From: a virus
Taxonomy: Duplodnaviria; Caudoviricetes
IMG/VR virus record: IMGVR_UViG_3300032156_000011
Span: 1-56,408 of that record
DNA: 56,408 nucleotides
Direction: 5' to 3' (one strand)
Positions 18,239-26,693 of the stretch are shown in pieces. Within the stretch, counting starts at the first letter, position 1; every line of letters starts with the position of its first letter. The position numbers were made by a program, and so were the translations under genes. The notes under the pieces are model-generated. The model worked only from the letters and a program-made list of their open reading frames with translations, made no database searches and was not told the DNA's origin.

Positions 18239-18466
18239 ATGAGTTCATTTGGTGAGAACTGCCCGTACTGTGGCAGTGGCGAAGTTACTGCCAGCACAGA
18301 ACCGGACAGCGAGGGGGAGTGCGAGTACCATTGCGATGCTTGCGGGGAATACTTTGTCGCTGAGGCTCATTATGACGCTGAGGAGCCAGACGAGGATTAC
18401 CAAAAGGATCGGGCTGCGGAACGTGAAAGCGACCACTATGCTGTAGCGATGGGATTTGACGAATGA
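18239..18466 (+). CDS. Small acidic Zn-ribbon protein
   Basis: CPYCG...CDACG; RBS. Confidence 0.75.
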   Translation: MSSFGENCPYCGSGEVTASTEPDSEGECEYHCDACGEYFVAEAHYDAEEPDEDYQKDRAAERESDHYAVAMGFDE

Positions 18467-18666
18467 CCACCCCTCCTGCCTGCCCTATCCGCCATAAAAT
18501 TCGTGTTCAGCTTTACGAGCGCGATGATATGACTGCTATACTGGTAACAGAGATCAGCACGAACACAGGACGCATCTTCTTGACGATTTATGCGCCAAGT
18601 ACTCCTTTTTTCAAAGAGATGTGGCAGATAATAAATTTTGCAGGACGGGTGCGGTGCTTGCAATGA
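18463..18666 (+). CDS. Hypothetical protein
   Basis: ATGA coupling. Confidence 0.55.
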   Translation: MTTPPACPIRHKIRVQLYERDDMTAILVTEISTNTGRIFLTIYAPSTPFFKEMWQIINFAGRVRCLQ

Positions 18667-18812
18667 CCACCCCGCCCACCTGCCCAATCTGCTCCCGCCC
18701 GCGGGGGTGGGGGGGGGTTTTGGGGTGGTCCGGGGGGGGTGTTGGGCGGGGGGGGGGGGGGGGGGGGGGGGGGGTGGTGGTGGTGTGAATACTGCCCGCC
18801 GGGAGGCTTGAG

Positions 18813-19625
18813 GTGAGAGTTTTACGGCCTGCATCGCGGTACTATGGCGGAAAGTGGGTGCTGGCCCCGTTCGTCATTGCGAACCTTCCGCCCCACTATC
18901 TGTACTGTGAGCCGTTGGGTGGGGCGGCGTCCGTGCTGTTGCGCAAGTCCCCGTCGGCGTGCGAGGTCTACAACGACCTGAACAGCGGGGTGGTAAACTT
19001 CTTTCGCGTGCTGCGCGAACGTCCTGACGACCTGGCCCGCGCTGTGCGCCTGACTCCGTACAGCCGCGAGGAGTTCCGCATTTCTCAGGAGCCGACAGAC
19101 GACCCGTTGGAGGCGGCCCGCCGGTTCGCCGTATGGTCTTGGCAGGGACGGGGTAAGGCCGGTGTGATGGACAAGAGCGGATGGCGGTTCATGTCCAGGC
19201 CGACCAGGGGGAGCGTTCCGCCCCGCGATTGGGACATTTCGGAGAATATATTGGCGGTTGCAGAGCGTTTCCGTTACGTCCAGATCGAGAATGATACCGC
19301 GATGCGGGTCATTCCACGATTCGATGGCGTGCAATCGCTCTTTTACGTGGACCCGCCGTACACGCTGGCGGAACGGTCGAAACGGACGCGGGGTTACGCC
19401 AACGACTTCACCGACGCCGACCACAAGGAGCTTGCCGACGTGTTGCACCAGGTAGCCGGGATGGTGGTCTTGAGCGGCTACCCGTCGGCGATGTACGAGA
19501 AGTTGTACAGCGGGTGGAAGATGGTGACGACGGCGGCCAGGGCGGACAGCGGGCGAGAGACTGTCGAGGCGCTTTGGTTGAATCAAGCGGCGGTAGACGG
19601 CCGGCGCGGGATGATGCTGCTGTGA
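18813..19625 (+). CDS. D12-class (Dam-like) N6-adenine DNA methyltransferase
   Basis: YYGGK, YCEPLGGAASV, EVYNDL, FYVDPPY, VVLSGY. Confidence 0.92.
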   Translation: MRVLRPASRYYGGKWVLAPFVIANLPPHYLYCEPLGGAASVLLRKSPSACEVYNDLNSGVVNFFRVLRERPDDLARAVRLTPYSREEFRISQEPTDDPLEAARRFAVWSWQGRGKAGVMDKSGWRFMSRPTRGSVPPRDWDISENILAVAERFRYVQIENDTAMRVIPRFDGVQSLFYVDPPYTLAERSKRTRGYANDFTDADHKELADVLHQVAGMVVLSGYPSAMYEKLYSGWKMVTTAARADSGRETVEALWLNQAAVDGRRGMMLL

Positions 19626-20080
19626 ACAAGCGCCGCTTGTACGCCGTCGCCTTGCTGCTCATTTTGTCGCGCCCCGAGCGCGTGTTGCCCAGCGCGCCGG
19701 CGTGGACGCCCCGCCCGCTGCGCGAGTCGGCGTACACCGGGCCCGGGTACCCGCAGGCGACGCCGACCAATACGCCGACGGCCCCTACGCCGACTCCCAC
19801 CCCCTCCCCCGTCTCTGTGTGCTGGCCTGGGCCGCTGTGCGAGACCGGCGAACGGGCGGACAGCCATTGCACGCGCTCCTGGACGTGCTGGCGGATGGAT
19901 TGCCAGCAGGCGACGGCGCTGGTCACGGTGGACGTGACCAACGGCGGGACCTTGACCGTCACCCGCTTTGCAGTGCTGGCGGGCTGCCCGGTGCTGGCCG
20001 CCGATGTCGTCACGGTGACAGCGGGGCTGGTCAGCGGGCTGGGAGTGAAGGTGCAAAACTTGATAGGGGGTGAACAATGA
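19622..20080 (+). CDS. Putative exported protein with Pro/Thr linker
   Basis: Signal-peptide-like N-terminus (KRRLYAVALLLIL); TPTNTPTAPTPTPTPSP; coupled both sides. Confidence 0.55.
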   Translation: MNKRRLYAVALLLILSRPERVLPSAPAWTPRPLRESAYTGPGYPQATPTNTPTAPTPTPTPSPVSVCWPGPLCETGERADSHCTRSWTCWRMDCQQATALVTVDVTNGGTLTVTRFAVLAGCPVLAADVVTVTAGLVSGLGVKVQNLIGGEQ

Positions 20081-20295
20081 AAAAAGCGCACATTGAAACG
20101 TGGTTCGAGGTTTACGTCAAAAACGATGCTGGAACGTGGTCGGCGGTTATGGATGTACCGGCTGGTCCGCCGTCAAAATTCTCTGCCGATACCGTTGGAA
20201 AGATGGTAGACGATTTGGTGGCGGATGGTCACGAGGTACAGGTTTACCACGTTGCGGTAATGCGAACTGTAGTAAAATTTGGGGATAGGGGGTGA
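20077..20295 (+). CDS. Hypothetical protein
   Basis: Coupled ORF. Confidence 0.65.
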   Translation: MKKAHIETWFEVYVKNDAGTWSAVMDVPAGPPSKFSADTVGKMVDDLVADGHEVQVYHVAVMRTVVKFGDRG

Positions 20296-20679
20296 GTGAT
20301 GACGGTAGCAAATGAGGCCATAGATAGAGCACTGCGCCAAATTACAAAGTTGCGGGAGACGTTCCCCGCCAACGACCCGAGCAAATTTGATTACGCCATG
20401 CGCCTCATGGAAATGGAAGTCATGATGCTCGGTTTCGACGTGATAGCCGACGCGATACGCCAGCCGGTGCGTGTGACCATCGTGCAAGAGGATGACGGGG
20501 AGTTGGACTTGCCGAAAGCGGCGGCGCTGGCCCGGCGCGTTGCGGACTTCACCGCCTACCTTGCTGAAAAAATGGCAGGCGACGCGGACGCCGTGCGAGT
20601 GGACGGGTGGGCGCAAAGCGTTGCAGATTCGCTGGCGAACCTGCCGGACTGGGCGGGAAAGATGACAGTGAGGGGGTGA
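20296..20679 (+). CDS. Hypothetical protein
   Basis: Abuts upstream stop. Confidence 0.7.
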   Translation: MMTVANEAIDRALRQITKLRETFPANDPSKFDYAMRLMEMEVMMLGFDVIADAIRQPVRVTIVQEDDGELDLPKAAALARRVADFTAYLAEKMAGDADAVRVDGWAQSVADSLANLPDWAGKMTVRG

Positions 20680-21036
20680 GTGATGCAAAGGAAAAAGGTA
20701 TGGCGGTACTACTGCGACTTTTGCGGGCGGGGGATGTGTTCAAAAATAGCAATGAGAAATCATGAGTTTGGTTGCACAATGAACCCCGACCGTGTTTGCA
20801 GCGTCTGCTCTAAAGTTGGTAAGGTTCAAACCACACCCTCCATAATACGAAATGCCTTGAATGATGGTGGTATAGATGCTGCTGAAGAAGCTGCCAACTT
20901 TTGCCCCGTTTGTGTTTTTTCCGCACTGCGTTTTGAGGGTGTGTTGAGGGATTACCCGTACTTTGAATTGAAGCGCCGTTTAGATAGCTTTTTAGATGAG
21001 TGGCGGGACCAAGAGCAAGAAGGATTGGTGTGGTGA
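20680..21036 (+). CDS. Cys-rich Zn-finger protein
   Basis: YYCDFCG...HEFGCTMNPDRVCSVC...CPVC. Confidence 0.75.
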   Translation: MMQRKKVWRYYCDFCGRGMCSKIAMRNHEFGCTMNPDRVCSVCSKVGKVQTTPSIIRNALNDGGIDAAEEAANFCPVCVFSALRFEGVLRDYPYFELKRRLDSFLDEWRDQEQEGLVW

Positions 21037-21297
21037 GTGATGCTTTCGCACCGTGTCGTGTGGGTTAAGATGCGCCGCAAGTCGCGCAAGTTGGCAATCC
21101 GCTACCACCGCGCCATAATCGAAATGTGCGCCCGGAGAGTTGACGCCGCCGCGCACCGCTACCGGGTGGAGGTGTTCTCGGAACCGGACCCGGCGCGGCT
21201 TGAGACGTGTGGACAGGTTGACAACTGCTCGGCGGAAGTGCTGCGAGAGCGGTTGCAGGAGTTGGCGAAGGAGATAAGGGAGTTGAAAAGTGGGTAA
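21037..21297 (+). CDS. Hypothetical protein
   Basis: Coupled ORF. Confidence 0.6.
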   Translation: MMLSHRVVWVKMRRKSRKLAIRYHRAIIEMCARRVDAAAHRYRVEVFSEPDPARLETCGQVDNCSAEVLRERLQELAKEIRELKSG

Positions 21298-22195
21298 AAT
21301 AAAAAAGTTGTACAAGACGTTCGGCCCACTGCCCCGCGCTTTTCGCGTGCTGTCCTGGGGGATTGGCGTCCAGTCAACCACCCTGGGCGTTATGTCGGCG
21401 CTCGGAATGCTTGAACGGCTGGACGCTATCATCACGGCGGACACGCTTTGGGAGAGACAGGCGACGTATGATGCGCGTGACTTTTACATGCAGTGGTTCG
21501 CCGACCACGATCTTCCGGTTTACATTGTCAGCGCGGGGAGCGTGTTGCAGATGGGGGCGCGTGAGCACGTCCACATTCCTTTCTGGACTGCGAACGGCGG
21601 GCCGCTAACGCGCCAGTGTACAAAACATCATAAAATCATGCCCGTTCGGAGATTGACGCGACAGTTGTTGAAAGAGCGCGACTTAGCTCTTGGTATTAAA
21701 AACCACTTTAGGAAAAGTGCTGTAGAATCATGGGTCGGATTCAGCATGGACGAGTTGCAGCGGGCAAAGGGGAGCGACGTGGCGTACATCTGCCAGCGTT
21801 GGCCTCTCCTTGAGCGCACAATGAGCCGCCAGGACTGCGAGCGGTTGTTAGCCGGCCTGGGCCTCCCCATCCCTGTCAAATCGGCGTGCATCGGTTGCCC
21901 GTACCGGTCTGCGCTTGACTGGGTAGAAATGGCCGAGCAAGCGCCAGACGAATTTGAGCAGGCGTGCAAATTTGACGAGGAGAACCGCCACAATCCGCTA
22001 AAGAGCGCTGGGAGCACGGCGAAAGCACTTTACATTTTCAAGGATGCGAAAGGACACCCCCTCCCGCTGCGCGAGTCTTTTCAAGACGGAACATTACAGC
22101 GGATGGCGGAAAGACAGCGCCGGGCAGCGCGTGACCAACTGGCGCTGTTTGATCTGGCGGATGCAATGTGCGGGGAAGGGGTGTGCATGGTATGA
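21290..22195 (+). CDS. PAPS-reductase-fold (adenine nucleotide alpha-hydrolase) phage protein, Cys-rich
   Basis: VLSWGIGVQST PP-loop variant, ADTLWE, RQCT..HKI.P, WPLL, KSACIGCPY. Confidence 0.8.
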   Translation: MGKIKKLYKTFGPLPRAFRVLSWGIGVQSTTLGVMSALGMLERLDAIITADTLWERQATYDARDFYMQWFADHDLPVYIVSAGSVLQMGAREHVHIPFWTANGGPLTRQCTKHHKIMPVRRLTRQLLKERDLALGIKNHFRKSAVESWVGFSMDELQRAKGSDVAYICQRWPLLERTMSRQDCERLLAGLGLPIPVKSACIGCPYRSALDWVEMAEQAPDEFEQACKFDEENRHNPLKSAGSTAKALYIFKDAKGHPLPLRESFQDGTLQRMAERQRRAARDQLALFDLADAMCGEGVCMV

Positions 22196-22452
22196 GCGCG
22201 TTTGTCGTCTTTGAGTTCCCCCACTCTCTGGCCGCCGGGCGCGACCCGTCGCCCTACGCCAAAGTAGCCCGCCGGATCGTGGTCGCCGACAACTGTTGCT
22301 TGCTCGACGTGATCAAGAAGCGGCCCGGCGTGGTTCTGCTGGCCGAAACCGACAACTGGCGCGACGTGTGCTGGTTGCTCGGCGGGCTGGTTGCTGAGGA
22401 GCAGGCCGTCGGGCAGGTGGTAGAGAGTCTACAGCAAGGCAAATTGTGGTAA
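22192..22452 (+). CDS. Hypothetical protein
   Basis: ATGA coupling. Confidence 0.6.
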   Translation: MSAFVVFEFPHSLAAGRDPSPYAKVARRIVVADNCCLLDVIKKRPGVVLLAETDNWRDVCWLLGGLVAEEQAVGQVVESLQQGKLW

Positions 22453-22467
22453 GTTTTGGAGGTTGAC

Positions 22468-22797
22468 ATGCCTAGAAAACACCCGGAAAACCGCATAAAA
22501 TATATCATGCTCATAGAAGGCCACAGGGTGGAATACTCGTACAGCTTGTACACCGTCCTTTCCAGTGATGGTGTGTACGGACACCCGGACAGGCACGGTG
22601 ATCGTGTCGTGTGGCGCTCTGACCGCGATTTCACACCTGCTGGTGGGGTCTATGGCCTGGTGGACGATTTTAACGCCAAGTTGCGGGAAGAGAAGCTCCG
22701 GCGCAAACTCGAAAAGCGGGCAGAAGATAGGAAAAGGAAAGAGGAGGAGCGCATACAGCAAAACGGCGGGTACAGGCAGGGGGTGCTATTTGAGTAG
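22468..22797 (+). CDS. Hypothetical protein
   Basis: GGAGG RBS. Confidence 0.65.
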   Translation: MPRKHPENRIKYIMLIEGHRVEYSYSLYTVLSSDGVYGHPDRHGDRVVWRSDRDFTPAGGVYGLVDDFNAKLREEKLRRKLEKRAEDRKRKEEERIQQNGGYRQGVLFE

Positions 22798-23902
22798 GGT
22801 GCGGGTGTACGCAGGCGACGCGCTGGCAGTGATGCGCAGGCTACCCGCCGGGTCATTCGACCTGGTTGCAACCGACCCGCCGTACTGTGGCGTCAAGGAA
22901 GAGAAGTGGGACAACCAGTGGGCCAGCCCCGCCGACTACCTGGCATGGATCGGCGACCTGTGCGCAGAGTGGGCGCGGCTGCTGCGCCCCACCGGGTCGC
23001 TTTACCTTTTCGCGTCTCCTCAGATGGCGGGGCGGGTGGAGTGCAAGGTCGCTGAGACGTTCAACGTCTTGAATAACATCGTTTGGGTGAAAGGGGACGC
23101 CAACGGCGGTGGTTTGTGGGCAAGAGCAGAAAAGGACGCGCTGCGCTCGTTTTTTCCGCGCTCCGAGCGCATCATATTCGCTGAGCACTATGGCGCTGAC
23201 AGTTACGCCGCCGGTGAGTCGGGATACCAGGCCAATTGCGACCAGGCGCGGGGATTCGTATTTGACCCCATCCGCGTGTACCTGCGCTCGGAGTGGGAGC
23301 GGGCGGGGATGAAAGCAGAGGACGCCAACACCGCGTGCGGAACGGCAAGCATGGCTGGACGCCACTATTTCACGCAATCGCAGTGGTGCATGCCGACCAG
23401 GGAGCACTACCAGGCAATGCAGAGGTACGCCAACCGCAACGGCGGTGAGTTCTTGCGCCGGGACTATGAGTACTTGCGCCGGGACTACGAGGACTTGCGC
23501 CGGGACTACGAGGACTTGCGGGAAGAATACGAAAGCCTGCGCCGCCCGTTCACCGTCACCGCCGACGACCAGTACACCGACTGCTGGACGGCGTTCCCGA
23601 CGGTTGCGGCCTACCCCGGAAAACACCCCTGCGAGAAACCCGCCACGCTCATGGAACACATCATCCTCACCAGCACGCTACCCGGTGCCCGGGTCCTGGA
23701 CCCGTTTTGCGGAAGCGGGGCGACCGGGGCGGCCTGCAAGAGGTTGGGGCGCGACGGGGTGTTGGTGGACAACGACCGCCACTGGGTAGAGGTTGCGCGT
23801 GACAGGGTAGCACACGCTGAGGATCGCCAGCTTGAGTTGCCGGGGTTGCAACAGGAACGGCGCTGCAGCAGGAGTTCGGCGGGACAGATGCGCTTGCTGT
23901 AA
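22790..23902 (+). CDS. N6/N4 DNA methyltransferase (beta class) with internal insertion
   Basis: GDAL..M, DLVATDPPY, NIVWVK, HPCEKP, VLDPFCGSG; TTG start inferred. Confidence 0.9.
   Translation: MSRVRVYAGDALAVMRRLPAGSFDLVATDPPYCGVKEEKWDNQWASPADYLAWIGDLCAEWARLLRPTGSLYLFASPQMAGRVECKVAETFNVLNNIVWVKGDANGGGLWARAEKDALRSFFPRSERIIFAEHYGADSYAAGESGYQANCDQARGFVFDPIRVYLRSEWERAGMKAEDANTACGTASMAGRHYFTQSQWCMPTREHYQAMQRYANRNGGEFLRRDYEYLRRDYEDLRRDYEDLREEYESLRRPFTVTADDQYTDCWTAFPTVAAYPGKHPCEKPATLMEHIILTSTLPGARVLDPFCGSGATGAACKRLGRDGVLVDNDRHWVEVARDRVAHAEDRQLELPGLQQERRCSRSSAGQMRLL
23452..23521. repeat. 21-bp tandem repeat encoding LRRDYE(D/Y) heptads
   Basis: About 3.3 copies directly visible. Confidence 0.9.
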
Positions 23903-23910
23903 GGAGAACA

Positions 23911-24195
23911 ATGGATTTCAAAATAAACAACAACCAAGTTAGCTCAAGAGGAGAAGGTGCCCACGTTTGGTACACGGCTGAGGTTGTGAAAGGCGTGATC
24001 TACCTACACGTCCACAACCACACAGAAACAGGGGCATGGGCATACCGGTTGGGGATAGGAAGTTCTGGTCATGACCGCTTGATCAAGGCTGAAGTTTCCG
24101 ACAAGATGGTAGTCGGTAGGTGTGCAGTCAAGCGCCTGCGAGAACTCCTAAACGCCGCATTGACTGCGTTGGATGGGGACATAACTTTCGAGTGA
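23911..24195 (+). CDS. Hypothetical protein
   Basis: AAGGAG RBS. Confidence 0.7.
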   Translation: MDFKINNNQVSSRGEGAHVWYTAEVVKGVIYLHVHNHTETGAWAYRLGIGSSGHDRLIKAEVSDKMVVGRCAVKRLRELLNAALTALDGDITFE

Positions 24196-24212
24196 AGGGA
24201 GATATTTCAATC

Positions 24213-24596
24213 ATGACGATTAAAACGACGTTTTTCAGCTTGGAAATGGGTACAGTGATGTGCGACGTTTGTGGCGGTGAGGTGGTGCGCGGGGAGTTCG
24301 TTGAGGTTGTCGGTGTTCCTGGCGCGTCCATTACCGCCCATACCGGCGGATGCTGTGAGATAGGTATGGACGTTTTACAGCACTTTACATGGCCCACTGA
24401 TTTTGTTCACATTTCCAGGTGGAAAGACGGTATGGTTGTTGGTTTTGATATGGGTTACGTGCAGCGGGCGTATCCCTACGCGCCGCCGCTACTTCTTGAA
24501 CGCTACTGGAACAACCCAGGGGGCGACCTTTATGAGAACGTCGAGAAGTTTGGCCCCGGCGTCCACCAACCACCTTCCCCCGGACGTCTTCTTTGA
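24213..24596 (+). CDS. Hypothetical protein
   Basis: GGGAG RBS; CDVCG. Confidence 0.65.
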   Translation: MTIKTTFFSLEMGTVMCDVCGGEVVRGEFVEVVGVPGASITAHTGGCCEIGMDVLQHFTWPTDFVHISRWKDGMVVGFDMGYVQRAYPYAPPLLLERYWNNPGGDLYENVEKFGPGVHQPPSPGRLL

Positions 24597-24726
24597 TGAT
24601 GGGACACGGCGCGCTGGGGCCTCCGGCGGCGGGTCGTTCACGCTCACGGAGACGTGGGCGTCTCGACCTGCGCATGTAGTCGTACACTTCTGACGCGCTT
24701 GGATACCTCTCCCCTACTCCTCTCAA

Positions 24727-25548
24727 TCACGCGAGGTATAATTGCCGCGTCTCATTCCACAATCTGCGAACGTGGTCGTCTACCTGCGCTGTCAGAACTG
24801 CACAGCGTCCCAGGAGCATGCCGATGAAGCCGCTCCATAATTCCGCCGGCCCAGACCGTGTACCGATTGCGAAGAAAGATGTCCCGTTGAACAAAGAAGC
24901 CGGTACTCCAGCTACCAACGAGTCTATGGTCAGATCGTTGTCGGATGGTGAGGCGACGTATATGCGCATCAGCACGCCCGGAACGAATAGACCAAACAGC
25001 ATATACCATTTACCCGTCTGCTCGATGTACGAGGACGCCACTTCCACGTCCCCAACAGCCGTCCCCAAATCGTTGCACCTGAATATAAATGAGCCTGTCG
25101 TCTGCGACCAGCCCAATCCCCAGGATCGCTGATTCCCAGTTGGATTGATCTTAGACACGACCCACCGGGTTGTCGCCAAGACGCTCGCCCAAACCCATCC
25201 GCCGACCAGGAATGAGTTATTCGTAGGCTCCTGCCAGGCAGCGTCTGGGGAGCTAAAATATCTCGTTGTACCGTTGTAAAGAACGCATGGGCCGCCGTTG
25301 AAAGTTGAAGTATAGTTAGAGCAGGTTATGACATTCTCGGTGAGCAAAGAACCGGCGCGGCCGTACAACCAGTTGGAGTTGTCTATCAAGTGACCGAAGC
25401 GTAGATTTCCTCCTCCGCCGGCGTGCGTGGATATGAAGGACTGACACCTTGCGCCGTCGCCGTAGAACTCCCCCCGCGCCACAAAGTCCCCGCGTAGAGA
25501 ATCAACCTCCCTCGTGTTTCTTTCCCGCGCAACGTCTCCGCCGCTCAT
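24727..25548 (-). CDS. LamG/concanavalin-A-like tail-tip (receptor-binding) protein
   Basis: SFLVGGWVW...WVVSK...GKWYML.G.F...RIYV...FAIG...WSGFIG; last tail gene. Confidence 0.75.
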   Translation of the reverse strand: MSGGDVARERNTREVDSLRGDFVARGEFYGDGARCQSFISTHAGGGGNLRFGHLIDNSNWLYGRAGSLLTENVITCSNYTSTFNGGPCVLYNGTTRYFSSPDAAWQEPTNNSFLVGGWVWASVLATTRWVVSKINPTGNQRSWGLGWSQTTGSFIFRCNDLGTAVGDVEVASSYIEQTGKWYMLFGLFVPGVLMRIYVASPSDNDLTIDSLVAGVPASLFNGTSFFAIGTRSGPAELWSGFIGMLLGRCAVLTAQVDDHVRRLWNETRQLYLA

Positions 25549-26693
25549 TTTCCTCCCTGTTTCGCCACGAGTTGGCGCAACTTCCCGATCCGCTCCCCGT
25601 TCACCGTAAGACCCCAGGGGGCCGCGAATCGGGCCTCTTGGATGAATAGGGCGCGGGGGTCTTCGTACATCTGCGCCAGGGTTTGGGGGATAGGACCCCA
25701 GGCGGTAAAGTCGCGGAAGAATAACCACTTACCCGGGCGCACGTCGCATGGGTCAACTACTCCCCCCGGGGGGCTGAACGTCTCCACAACGTCCCCCGAC
25801 AATGCGCTGTTCTGGTATGAAAAGTAGTTCGGGACTGGGTAAAAGTACGGTTTCCACTCCTCGAATATCCCCCACAGCCAGGGGTTGTCGTTGGCGTCCC
25901 CCTTTTCGGCGTGCAAGTCCAGGATGTCGAGGGCCGTCTGGTACTGGTCCCACAGCCTGGTGGTCAACCATCCGTTTTGCTCGACGTGCGTCCGGTCGGC
26001 TGATAAAATGCGGTTCGGGTCGGCGTCGAGGATCGTGTTGACGTGGGTGGTTAGCGTCACGCTGGAAGCGGACGCCGTGTATAGGTAGACGTAGGCGGAA
26101 GCGAACACCCATCCCCCCACACAGTCCAGGGAAAGGGAAACGTCCCCCCCGCCGGTGGAAAACTCGCGGGTTGACTGTGGGGATCGTTTTTGTGTCAAAA
26201 CTCCCCGCTGAGTACGCAAGGCGTCGGTCCACGTCAATTGCCCGCCACTGTGCCAGAACTCCCAAGACCCGTAGCGATCAATGCTGGCGGCGTCCTGGAT
26301 CAACGGCGTCACCTGCTGCGGACCGCTCACCGGTGGAATGGCGTCCGACTTATAGGCGAACGATACTCCCACCCGGTTTCCCAGTTCGTTTATCGGCCCG
26401 ACCGTGATGGTCTTTCCGCCCACCTGCCCGTTCACCGCCCCCACTATCCCTCGCCAGCAGTCTGACCCGGCGGCGTTTTTCACGATGACCTCCCGCCCCA
26501 GGCCGACGGTGAGCCAGCGGTCTATCTCATCCGGGGTTGCGGCGAGTTGCAGTGTTGCCGTGTCGTACCCCCGGCCAGCCGTAGCAGCGAAATCCAACCC
26601 CGTCACCTTCTCGTTGATCCGCTCGGCGTACCTCCGGCGGTCGGCAGGCCAGTATGGGGGGTCCTTGATCGTCACGCACACGCCGGAGTTCAT
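25545..26693 (-). CDS. Minor tail (baseplate hub-like) protein
   Basis: Follows distal tail gene; D..SIDRYG..E motif common in tail-tip proteins. Confidence 0.7.
   Translation of the reverse strand: MNSGVCVTIKDPPYWPADRRRYAERINEKVTGLDFAATAGRGYDTATLQLAATPDEIDRWLTVGLGREVIVKNAAGSDCWRGIVGAVNGQVGGKTITVGPINELGNRVGVSFAYKSDAIPPVSGPQQVTPLIQDAASIDRYGSWEFWHSGGQLTWTDALRTQRGVLTQKRSPQSTREFSTGGGDVSLSLDCVGGWVFASAYVYLYTASASSVTLTTHVNTILDADPNRILSADRTHVEQNGWLTTRLWDQYQTALDILDLHAEKGDANDNPWLWGIFEEWKPYFYPVPNYFSYQNSALSGDVVETFSPPGGVVDPCDVRPGKWLFFRDFTAWGPIPQTLAQMYEDPRALFIQEARFAAPWGLTVNGERIGKLRQLVAKQGGK

Noticed and set aside
24385-24726. Minus-strand ORF after the LamG gene
   Set aside because: It overlaps a convergent gene, has no clear RBS or motif, and cannot be supported.
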